NCBI GenBank assembly: GCA_002245135.1
Contig: NGBS01000612.1
Location: 58,077 to 78,076, forward strand
Length of the DNA: 20,000 nt
Direction: 5' to 3'
Origin: Proteromonas lacertae
Taxonomy: Eukaryota
Shown here: in pieces, positions 1 through 12,030 of the stretch
Numbering within the stretch: position 1 is the stretch's first letter
How the letters are laid out: every line of letters begins with the position of its first letter
Made by a program: the position numbers and the translations under genes
The notes under the pieces: generated by a model
The model's database searches: none
The model's input: the letters and a program-made list of their open reading frames with translations, nothing else
What the model was told of the DNA's origin: nothing

Positions 1-3000
1 TGGGTACATAAACTGATTTTATAGCTTCCCAATCCATATTTGCAAGAATAGAATCTTTAACAATACCAGCAGCATGGAAAACACCATTAATAGTTAAATT
101 CTTTTCGTTATTATGTTGTTTAATTGAATTAACACAGTTCTTATCTGCAATATCACCTTTTATACATTCAAATTTATATCCATTACTTTCTAAATCACTA
201 ACAAATGATTTCATTGATTCTGGTAAGCCATTTCTACCTAATAATATGAATGTAATATTCTTAGCTAATGAACAACACCATTTAATTAATTCTTGAGCAA
301 TTTGGCCATATCCACCTGTTAATAAATAACAGCCATTATCTTTAACACTTTGTCTTTCCTTTCTTTGATTCTTATTACTTTCTCTTGTTATAACAATCTT
401 ACCGATGTGTTTACCTGAAGCCATAACTCTGAATGCATCTTTAGCATGATTGAAACAATATGGAACAACGGGTAATGGAGCATAAGTATCATTTCCAACA
501 TTATTAGCTATTGAATTTAATAAAGAATTACCTAAATTATGATCATTTTCAAACACATCTAATAAATCAAAGTGATAATATTTCACACCTGGTTTATTCT
601 TATTTACATCTTCTTCTGTCCAAATTCCAGTTTTACCAATTTCAACAAATGTACCAGTATTCTTAATAATAGAGAATGATTTGGGTATGAAATCTTTTGC
701 TAATGAGTTTAATACAAAATCAACACCTTCTGGAGCAATTTTTGGTATTTCATCTGCAAATGATAATGTTCTTGAATCATATATATGATTTACACCTATT
801 GATTGTAAGAATGAATGTTTTCCAACACTTGCAGTACCAAATATCTCACATCCAAGTGATTTAGCAATTTGTACAGCACAGAATCCAACACCACCTGCAG
901 CAGCATGAATTAATACTTTATCACCTGCTTTACAATGACCTAAATTCACTAATGAATAATAAGCAGTAGCATAAACAACAGGTAAAGCAGCACCATCAAT
1001 ACATTTAACACTTTCAGGTATAACAGCTACTGAATAAACTGGAACACAAACATATCTTGAGAATGAATATTTACCAATGCCAAATACTTTATCACCAATA
1101 TGAACATTTTGTACATTTGAACCTGTATTTACTACATAACCGCTGAATTCTAAACCAAGTGGACCAGCATCACCAGGATATGTTCCTAATACGTTTAATA
1201 CATCTCTAAAGTTCAAACCAGAAGCGAATACTTCTACTTCAATTTCATCAGGTTGTGGCAGTTTTCTATCAACAACTTCTGTAATAATATTCTCAAATGT
1301 TCCTTTATTAATTACATTCAATCGATCATTAACTGTTGATTCTTCTTGTAATGGTAAAGATTTAATCACTGGTACAAATCTTGAACCATAATGAAGTGCG
1401 ACTTCTGAATCATCATTAGAATTACATAATTCATTGAATAACCACTGTGATTCTAATTGATAACTCATTGGAGAACTACCACCATTAATATCAATTAATG
1501 TACATTTCATTGAAGAATATTCGGTTTTAATACATCTACCAAAACCCCATAATGTTGATTCATTGGAATTAATTGATAATTCATATCCAATTTGTTGTGT
1601 TTTTCTTGTAACAATTGCTAATCTTCCTTTGAAATTATTGGATATTGTTTGTACAATGGTTAATAATGATCCTGTACCATTGATATTTTGTATTTCTAAA
1701 TCATTATCATTTTCATTAATATCTAAAGGCCAGGCATAAACAATCAAAGAGTTTGGCTTGACTACTTCTCTTGTTATATCTTCTAATTGTTTTTTATCAT
1801 TTCCAACAACTTTAGAATTTGGTATTTTATCATCATGAGATATGATTATTACTTCAGTTGAATTCTTTTGATATGATTTTACTAATTCTTCAGTAACACC
1901 AGCATGATCAGCATATATAACTACATTAGGATATATTGTCATTGTATTTGATTCACTTTGTTTTTCTACCCATTGTAATGTATTTAACAATGAAGAAGTA
2001 ATTGATGATGATGATGATGTAATTCCTAATAACTTATGAAATATTTCAGTATTTATAACAGAGTACTTTATTTCATTAATATATAATATCAATTCATTCT
2101 TTTCATTATATAAAGTAATACTTGATGTTAAACCTTCATTTGATGATAATTTCTTACAATAACACCACAATCCATTCAATTCAACATTTGAATTATACAC
2201 AACATTATTAACAGATACTGGAACATAGCATTGATTGGATTTTAACAATAGAATAGGTAATTGAATACAAGCATCAAGTACTGATGGATTCAATGATAAA
2301 TAATTATCACTATTACCATTACTCTTATTATCAATATCAGCAACAATTGTATTTTCACCACATAATGCTTTCATCACTTTCTGATATTCATTTCCATATT
2401 GATAACCATTTTCTACAAAGAATTGATATATTTCTGATTGTGAATATACAATTTGTTGACATTGATTTACTGCTTCTTCTTTAGATGATATTGTTGAAAT
2501 ATTAATATCATTATTAGTATAAACACCTTTACAATTCTTTGACCATACTTGATTGTTGATATTATTAGATATTTCAAAGTTCTTATCTTGAGATAATTCT
2601 AATTGTAAAGACCAAGGTTTTACATTTTCAAGTGATGGAATTGGTAAAGCAGATTGTATTTCCATTGATTCTAATTTTGACACATCTGATTTTGATGTTA
2701 ATTTATCACATTCTAAAGCTAATGAAATGAAATAAGCAGCTGGAACAATTGTAACATCATCAATCTGATGATCAGTTATGTAATTGTAAATACTATTACT
2801 TTCAATTGAATATATTGTTCCTTGGAATAGTGATGACGATATTTGTTTAATTCCTTGTGTTTGATAAGTTGTATGACTATATCTATTTGATGTAAACCAA
2901 CATGATTGTGACTGATATGGATAACTTGGAATATGAACTAATGCTAAATGTGAAGCAGTTGTAAACAGATTTCCAATTGATTGAAATATTATGTAAATAT

Positions 3001-6000
3001 AATGTAGAAATAGATTGTGAAATTGAGTATAAATTGGATTTGTTATTGGATAATGATGGTACATAGATAATTGATGGATCATTTAAGATATATTTACTCA
3101 TTCCTATTAATACTGCATTTGGACCACATTCTAAATAAATCTTATTAGAATATAATTTATCACTACATTCTATTGATTGAGTAAATTGAACTGGATTTCG
3201 CAAGTGTTCGACCCAGTAATCAGCGTTACTCATCTCATTTTCTTTTATTAAACTTCCACTTACATTACTGATTATATCTTTTACTGCTTTTCCATATTTA
3301 ATCTCATTTGCCACTTTTCGAAATTCTTCTAAGATTGGATTCATCATTGAACTGTGGAAACCATGACTTACTTCTAATCGCTTATATCCAACCCATCACT
3401 CTTTAGTTCATTCTCAAGTTTTTCAATCTCACTTATTAAACCACTTACTACATTCAGTTTTGGACCATTATAACATCCTATCTCTATACCATTATATTTA
3501 TTTATATATTCTAACACTTTTTCACTTTCCATAAATACACATAACATTCCTCCTTTTCCATGTTCTAAACTACTCATCAATTTACCTCGAACACTTATCA
3601 ACTTCAATCCATCTTCTAAACTCATTATTCCACTTACTACTCCAGCTACATATTCACCTATACTATGACCTAATACACATGAAGCTTCGATTCCAAAACT
3701 TGACCACATCTTATATAAACTATATTCCATACTGAATAAACAGGGTTGAGTGTATTTTGTATCATTCACCAATTCTTTATTTTCTTCATTATATAATACT
3801 TCTAATAGATTTGGAGATAAATATGAGGATAATATTCTATTACATTCATCCATATTTTCTTTGAATATCGGTTGAGATTCATATAATTCTTTACCCATAT
3901 TGAAATATTGAGATCCTTGACCTGTAAACATTACTACAATTTCATATCTTTTTAAATCATCACTACTTTGAACATCACACTTTTTATTGCTAATATAAGC
4001 TTTCAAATTATTAACTAATTCATTGACATCATTGTTACATGGAACAGCAATCTTATTTTGATAATTTGATCTTAATCTATTGCTTGTTTGAGCAATTTCA
4101 GAAACAGAAACTTCTGGGACATTCTCAATAAATTGATTCACCATATCATTTAAGGAATTTTGTGAATGAGCTGATAATGTAAATACCATAGGAGTATTTT
4201 TACTTTCATCTTCAATTGACTTTGGAATATTTGTCTTTGGAGGTTCTTCTAAAATAAGATGTGCATTTGTTCCACTAAAACCAAATGAACTAATAGCTGC
4301 TCTTTTAACTTCATTATACTTTGGCCAAGGTACTAATTTAGAATTAACTACAGCTGGAATTGAATCAAGATGAATCAATGGATTGCATTGATGATAATTC
4401 AAATGAGGAGGAATTTCATTATATTTCATTGCTAATAATACTTTCAATACACCTGCAATACCAGCAGCAGCTTCTAAATGTCCAATATTCGTTTTGACTG
4501 AACCAATATAGAGTGGTTGATCCTTTCTATTTTCATTATAAATATGACTTAAAGCTTCTACTTCTATTGGATCTCCTAATTTTGTACCAGTACCATGAGC
4601 TTCTACATATGCTATTGAAGATGAATCAATATTTGCATTTTGAAGAGCAGATCTAATAACACTCTCCTGCATTGGACCATTTGGAGCAGTTAAACCACTA
4701 CTTCGACCATCTTGATTTACCGCACTTCCACGAATTATTCCCAATATATTATCATTATCTTTCATTGCATCACTTAATCTCTTTAATACAATTATACCAC
4801 ATCCTTCACCTCTTACATAACCATTAGCAGAAGCATCAAATGTTTTACATTTTCCATCAGGAGATAACATTCCTGCTTGTGAAAAGTTGATAGTCATATC
4901 TGGAGCTAACATAAGATTAACACCACCAGCTAAAGCAGCTTCACATTCACCAGATAACAAGCTTTGACAAGCCATATGAATACTTACTAATGATGATGAA
5001 CAAGCAGTATCAACAGAAATAGATGGACCAGTTAAGCCATAAGCATATGATAATCTACCACTTGCAACACAAGCAGAATTACCAGTTCCAAAATGAGAGG
5101 TAATATTATTCAAACCAGCTTCACGAGTTTGTAAGATTTGATAATCATGAGTGAAAATACCAATAAATACACCATATTTACTACCATTTAATGAGAATGG
5201 TTGATAACCTGCATTTTCTAATGCTTCATAAGAAACTTCTAATAATAATCTATGTTGAGGATCCATAATATTTGCTTCTTTCTTTGATATACCAAATAAT
5301 GAATAATCAAATTCATCTACTTTTTCATTCAGAAAACCACCCCATTTTGTATTCATTTTACCATTACCACCATTTTCATCGTAATATTCATTAGAATCCC
5401 ATCTTGATAATGGTACTTCCGTTATACAGTCTTCACCATTCTTTAATACATTCCAGAAATCTTCTAATGATTTTACATTTCCTGGGAAATGACAACCAGC
5501 TCCAATTATAGCAATTGGTTCATTTCTATTAATAGATTTACTATGAGAAATTTGTTTTGGGATTGATTCTGGTTTGACTATATATTGTTCTAATGTATTC
5601 TTCCATAAATAATTACTGACAGCTTCAATTGTTCCATAATCAAATAAGAATGATGATGATAATTCTAATCCAAATTTCTCAGAGAATATCGCAGTTAATT
5701 CTTGACTTAATAAACTATCAACTCCTAAATCTCTAAATCCAACACTTTGTATATTACCATTCTTCTTTTCTTTACCAACAATTGATAAGAATAATTCTTC
5801 CACTTTATCACAAATATATGGAATTCTATTGTTGGAAGAAATTGATTTGATTTTTTCGTATAATTCCATTAACCATGTTGATTTAATATTCATTTCTTCT
5901 TCTTTTTCTTCTTCTTCTCTAGATTCTATTGATTCATTAAGTCTATATGGTTTATTATCAAATGGATAAGTTGGTAATTCAATAAATTCACCTCCTTCAT

Positions 6001-8151
6001 ATATATTTCTCCAATTAATATTCACACCTCTTTGATATAATGTGGAGATAATATTCAAAATACACTCATCATCTGATTTTACGCTTAACACATTTTCAGA
6101 AGAAGATAAACCAAAGTTTAGAATAAGATTACACTCTTGAGTGTTTTTGTATAATATATCGATTTGTTCTGCTTTAATTTCATTTTTGTTACTGACTTTT
6201 GAAATAGCAGAATCAAATGGAATAATAGATAATGATCGAATATCTAAATAAGGATATTTAGGTGTAGAATAGTTAAGTGGAGTTGAATGATATAAGTAAT
6301 TAAAAGCATCTTGAATAGTTATAATATCAGAAATACAACCAGCAGATAATATACCAACTCCATTTCCACCTACACACACAGGTTCAATACCAACTGATAA
6401 AAATAATTTTGATAATGAATACTGAATAGATAAAACCAAAGATTGATATGTAATATCATCACCTGGGTTTTGAATGTGATCATATAATGATTTTGATGTT
6501 AATTGTTGAAATATTAGCATTGCATTCATCAAACGACTTCTTAAAATTGGAGTATTTACATAGATCAGTTGTTTTCTGAATGTCGAAACAGTAATCAAAG
6601 AAAAATCCATAATGTGTTGGTAATACTACTACTACATCTTGTTGTTTATCAGTCTCATTCTTCCATTTATCTAATTGAGAGAGTAATTCATCAATTGAAT
6701 TAACATTGAAACTAATTCTTGAAGTACATTCATATCTTCCTGTATTAATAGCTTTAGCAAGATTATATATTTCAATTGAATTCTTTTTTTCTTCTACAAC
6801 AGTATGTAATTGATCAACAACTTCATTCAAATGTTGTTTAGTTGGTGATGATAATGTTATTAAACAGGATGAATAAGAAGGAATAGATTTGGTTGGTTTA
6901 TTATATTCTTTTAATATCACAGATACATTATTACCACTCATACCAAATCCATTTACTAAAGCATAACGAATATTATTATTATTATTGTCCCAATTACATA
7001 TTTGTTTTGGTATAACAATGACCTTTTCCTTCATCATAACCTAACTCTGGATTAATAGTATTTAAATTCACAGTACCTGGAATTTGTTTATTATGTAATG
7101 CTAATATAGTTTTAATTACACCTGCAATACCAGCAGCAGCTTCTAAATGTCCAATATTACCTTTAACAGATCCAATCATTAATTTCTCATTATGTTCAGC
7201 AAAAACACTACAAATTGAATTAGCTTCAGTTTTATCACCCACAGATGTCCCAGTTCCATGAGCTTCAACGTAACTAATATCAGTTGATTTAATACCAGCC
7301 ATTTGTAATGCTTTTTTCATCACATCTTGTTGTGCGCTTGTACTTGGTGATGTTAATGTCTCAGAATGACCATCTTGAGTTACAGAACTACTTTCTATTG
7401 TACACCATATATTATCACCATCTCTTTCAGCATCTTCTAAACGTTTTAATATCACAAAACCACATCCTTCACTTCTTACATAACCATTAGCAGATATATC
7501 GAATGGTTTGCATTTTCCATCTGGTGATAACATTCCAGCTTTTGAATATCCAATTGTTTTTTCAGGCGAGAGGATTAAATTGATTCCACCAGTTATTGCC
7601 ATGTTACATTCACTTAATTTTAAACTTTGACAGGCTAAATGCAATGCAGTCATTGAAGAAGATTGAGCTGTATCTATTGACATTGAAGGACCTTCTAAAC
7701 CGAGAAAATATGATATTCTACCAGATGCAACACCAGCAGCATTTCCTGTCCCGAAGAAAGCGCTAGATGCATTTGATTGATTTGCATATTCTGAACCACT
7801 AATTCCCAAAAATACTCCTGTATTACTACCTTGCAATAACGATGGTTGCTGATGTGCATTTTCAAGAGCTTCTACACATGTTTCTAATGCAATTCGTTGT
7901 TGAGGATCCATTAATTGTGCTTCTCTTGGCGCAATTCCAAAAAACTCTGTATCAAATTCATCATAATTAGAGATAAAACCTCCCTGATCTGACACAATTT
8001 TTCTATTCTTAATTAATTCATTCACATCAAATCTAGAATCAGGTACACGAGAGATAGTGCTCTTCGAACTTGCCAGTACATCCCAATAGGAACCAGGATT
8101 ATCCGCTCCTGGAAACCTACACGCAATACCAATGACAGCAATGGATTGCAT
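1..8151 (-). CDS. Modular type I polyketide/fatty-acid synthase, KSQ-AT0-ACP-KS-AT-DH-ER-KR, 3'-truncated by the window, with four apparent single-base frameshifts
   Basis: ATG at 8151 (aaaaATG). KS1: IAVIGIACRFPG, MDPQQR, DTAQSSS, HGTGT, GHLEAAAG. Degenerate AT: GGNGVG at ~6353-6370. ACP: LGVDSL (Ser 5714-5716). KS2: DTACSSS, HGTGT, SSFGFSGTNAH. AT2: GQGSQ, GHSIGE, HGFHS. DH: HQIDDVTIVP (His 2768-2770) and LDACIQ (~2261-2278). ER: LIHAAAGGVG (~885-915). KR: LLTGGYGQIA (~298-327) and HAAGIVKD. ORF pieces join at ~7025, ~6515, ~3393 and ~2958; the DH His and the KR at base 2 are in the same frame. Confidence 0.95.
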
Positions 8152-8720
8152 TTTTAAAATACGTAGAATTATTTTTGATGACGTTTATACATTTTATTAA
8201 TAGTGTGTTGTTGCATTTCTTCTTTTTGCAGCTTAAACCCATCGAGAAACCCATTATTATGATAGAACTGTAATATATTGCTGATACAGGAGCTTTTCAC
8301 ACCATTTTTCAAAATTTTGTAATATAAATCAATCTATTCTTCATTTATAAATTAAGAAAAAACTTCTCTACTCAATGACATGCTGTGGAAGGTATTCAAT
8401 GTGATATATAAAATAATGGCACTACAAAATGAATATGGTTGGAATAAAACTATGACTAAGTTATATTATTTTTTTATACTTAATATAATATGAAATTCGA
8501 TACTAAAGTACAATCTTCAGAAACAAGCGATTTGAGGATGTTATATAACATTTATGACAATTTAGAACATCAGTAATAAACCTAATTCTTTTTTTCTATG
8601 AAATCTCTTCTTCTTTTCTCTTCTAATCACTCTTAAAAGGATTTGGCGCGAAGTAAAGTGATTTAAACACGACTTCGGTTCGACCCTTTCAAGCTTTTTC
8701 TTTTTCAATTTTTTTGAAAA
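8152..8720. promoter_or_regulatory. Divergent intergenic/promoter region between PKS and COG5, with an E2F-type motif
   Basis: Head-to-head start codons at 8151 and 8721. TTTGGCGCG at 8642-8650 matches the TTTSSCGC consensus and stands out from the AT-rich background. Confidence 0.4.
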
Positions 8721-9955
8721 ATGGCTGATATCTTATCAGAAATAAGACAGGACTGTATGTATTCAACATTTATTATTTTTTAGCAACTTTTTCTTCGATT
8801 CTAAGCGATGGTTTCGATGAGACTGAGTTTGCTAGTAGATTTGTTGGAAATAATGCAGCAAAAAATACAGCAGTAACAAATGTGAATAGCTGTATTAAAA
8901 GATTGACTGATCATATTTATTCTGTTGAAAAATCTATTGGAACTATGGTTACTGAGAATCAAACCATTCTCTTGAATACTGTGACTGATACAATAAAATT
9001 TAAACGTGAGATAGAACCATTAATAACAGAACTAACTAATTTAAAAGCAAAAACTTCGCAAATTAAAGGCTTAATCACAAAACCATTGAATGATATGAGA
9101 AATTACGTGTTACAATTAGAGCGTATGCAACTAACAGCCAAAATACTCCGTCGTGTCAAATCAATTCTTGTCTCTCTAAAGAAATTACAAGGAATGGATA
9201 TGAATTCATTAAACGGTAGAGATTTACTAAAAGCTAGTGTAACAATCCATGATATAGAATACTGTCTAAAAGAAGACGATATGAGTGGTATTCCAGTAGT
9301 AGAAAATCAATTACCATATGTTGTTCAATTCTCCAGTCAAATTAGAAAATCAGCAATGGATTCATTTCAATCAGGATTAAGTGAATTAAATAACACCAAT
9401 ATATCAATAGCTATACAAGTATTTTACAATTTGAACTGTCTACCAGCAAGAGTAAATGACGCAATTACATGGTCAGTTCAATCTGTATTAAAATCAATAC
9501 AGCAAGTGATTATATTAAATAATACTAGAAATCCATCACCACAAACATTATGGGATAGAATACAAGAATGGTCTGAAGTATTTCATTCCAGTTGTTTACA
9601 GATGTGGACATTAGAAAGAGTATTATCAAAGAAAAGAGAACCAAACACTAGACAAACCTATGCTGAATTGTTAAAGAAGGAAGGATTAGTAGGAATAACA
9701 GATACTTTCACTTTGTTAGTTGGTAATGCTATTAATAATGAGTTTGTTAGTTGTCCACCTAAATCTTTTGTTTATAATCATTTGGTTAATGAATATAAAC
9801 GATTAGCTGAGATTATTGATAATATATATAATAGATTATCAACTTCAACTAAAACTGTAGGTATGCAACAAGGTATTAGTTCTAAATGGAATAAAGCTAA
9901 CTTTTTGAAAGGTTTTGAAGAATTTGAAATTGCTTTTTCAAGAAATAAATCATAA
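8721..9955 (+). CDS. COG5: Conserved oligomeric Golgi complex subunit 5-like protein (~401 aa); exons 8721-8754 and 8784-9955
   Basis: A 29-nt GT-AG intron (8755-8783) joins MADILSEIRQD in frame to the 8882 ORF. COG5-like segments recognised by eye: FSSILSDGFDETEF, QLERMQLTAKILRR, AIQVFYNL, QMWTLERVLSKKREP, LVNEYKRL. Confidence 0.85.
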
Positions 9956-10288
9956 ATTAATTTATTATTATTGTTTTTTTTTAATTATAGATTGGAAAAT
10001 ATTCGATTAGGTTTGGGAGTATTAGATCTAATATATTTTGTTAAAACATTCTTATTCTTTGCATATTTCGATTTATAAAGTGCATAAACATCTTCACTAT
10101 TTTGCATATTTTAATATCAAATATAACATGAAAGACTATATTTATAGAATTATTCATTCTTTACATTTTTGCAAGAAGTGATGTTTTTGTTTTTGTTTTT
10201 GTTTATTTATTTTATGGAATATAAATAAACTACAAACATATTCGTAATTATAGTATCAAAACTATATATGATTAAAATAGAATTAGGA

Positions 10289-11884
10289 TTAGGAATATAC
10301 ACCTAAACCCATTCTTTTAGATAACTTAGTTTTCTTTTTCTTCTTGTCAGACACTTCATTCACTTCTTCCATCTTTATCATCCCATTTTCTGTATATTGG
10401 GTAATATAATTTGTTAATGTTTTTTTATTTCTTACATATTTAGAGCTTAAAAGTTGAAGAAGTATTTCAATCCCATTCATTTTATATAAAACATCAATAT
10501 CTTCATTTGTATGAGTAAAATATGAATATAATTCCATAATTCGATTATTATTTTCACAAAAATCTCTACAGAATAATACTTGTTTCAAAATCTTTATTTT
10601 ATCCTCAAGAGTAAATTTTTCATATAATCGTATTTTGATTTTCTTTGATAATTTGTATATCACCAGTATTTCTATTGCACTTTTTGTTCTTTTTACTTCT
10701 TCTAATAACATACTTGACAAATCAAGATGAATAATCTGTCTAATGTTACTTTCATCATCATCTATAAGACATAACATAATTATTCAAAAATACAAAAAAT
10801 ATCAATATTATTTCTTCTATACTCTGAATTATTCTTACTTTCATAAATATCTAATTTCAATTCTATTGATGGTTCTTCATTTATTATATCAATTCTATTA
10901 GTTTTTTCTTCTTCATTTTCAGGAGTAAATCCTACATTATCTTCTTCAACAATCTCATCATCTTTCATTAAACTCAATTCTCGAATACCTCTTCGAATTA
11001 TTCGATTAAGAATGTCATTTCCTGTTTTAGGTTCTTCTATTATAAATCATATAATATAAATAATATACCACTATATATTCGATTTTTAATTTCATTTTCA
11101 TTTTTTCTTTTATACATCATATTCAGATCAATCAATTCCATATCATCAGGATTTATATCACCAATGTTGATCTCTTTCCAGTTCAATAATTTCATTGTTT
11201 CATCATATTCATTCTTTTCTTTTGATTGACTTATTTCATTATTTCGTCTCTTTTCATTATGATTCTTATAATGATTTAATATCTTATCCAACAAATATTT
11301 CTCATTTGGAACTAGTAAATTATTAATAGAGATTATGAATTTTAAATCATTAATCAATAGTGATTTTAATATCATTTCATCATTTAAGATTTCACAACAG
11401 TTGATTTGAATGAAATCTTTTAATGACAATTCTATATCATCCATATAGTTCTTTGGAATTAAATATAGCATATTCAGTATATTTATTACTAAATTCTTAC
11501 TCGGATGAGTTTTTATATATCTCAGACAAATATTCATCATTTTTTGTTCATCTAAACAAATACAACACTTTAATAACTCACATACATCCTCTTCATCAAT
11601 TTCTATTGTTCCATATCCATAATAACATGATAATAACAAGAAAGCTCTTTTAGTTATTTGATCAGGAAGTGTAATTTTCGATTCAGCTTTTGGATCTTGA
11701 ATTATTCTTCTTAACCTCTCATTAGAATGACACATGAACAAGGAAATAGATGGAATTTCTTCTTTTTCAGCGATAAAGACTAGATCAGAATATCCATCCT
11801 TTATCATTGTTTCAATTATTCTAATGTGCAACAAAATAAATAATAATCATACCCATATTCTCCACAACCTTTTGTAACCTTCAT
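10289..11884 (-). CDS. BTB/POZ(-BACK-like) domain protein (~499 aa); exons 11884-11853, 11820-11069, 11036-10794, 10761-10289
   Basis: Three 32-nt GT-AG introns (11821-11852, 11037-11068, 10762-10793) splice three ORF-track fragments into one frame (1500 nt). BTB-like motifs: YSDLVF, ITLPDQITKRAFLLLSCYYGYGTIEI, VCELLKCCICL. BACK-like motif: NNLLVPNEKYL. The extreme 3' end is uncertain (possible extra intron ~10262-10300). Confidence 0.75.
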
Positions 11885-12030
11885 ATTTTACTTTCAAATA
11901 TTACATGAAACGACTATATTTTTGTATTTAAGATTATTCATCAGCAAGCTGAGAAAAGAAGGTAACAGTATGATAAATCTACCCATTTTTATTAATCCTT
12001 TATTTATTAAAATTCACACAAAAATATAAA

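Noticed and set aside
2284..2484. 66-aa plus-strand ORF
   Set aside because: Antisense shadow of the PKS DH region; low-complexity translation.
7308..7490. 60-aa plus-strand ORF
   Set aside because: Antisense to the conserved KS1 domain.
2883..8151. PKS as several separate genes, intron-split, or programmed frameshifting
   Set aside because: Breaks fall inside domains, single-base corrections restore motifs with no room for introns, and there is no common slippery sequence or direction.
8640..8700. tRNA-like A-box/B-box (TGGCGCGAAG...GGTTCGA)
   Set aside because: No cloverleaf: spacing is too short and no acceptor or T stems can be built.
10225..10245. TGTTTGTA (minus strand) as a Blastocystis-type polyadenylation motif creating a stop codon
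   Set aside because: Imperfect match, and the BTB gene already has a genomic stop.
11423..11653. 76-aa plus-strand ORF
   Set aside because: Antisense to the BTB gene exon; no independent features.
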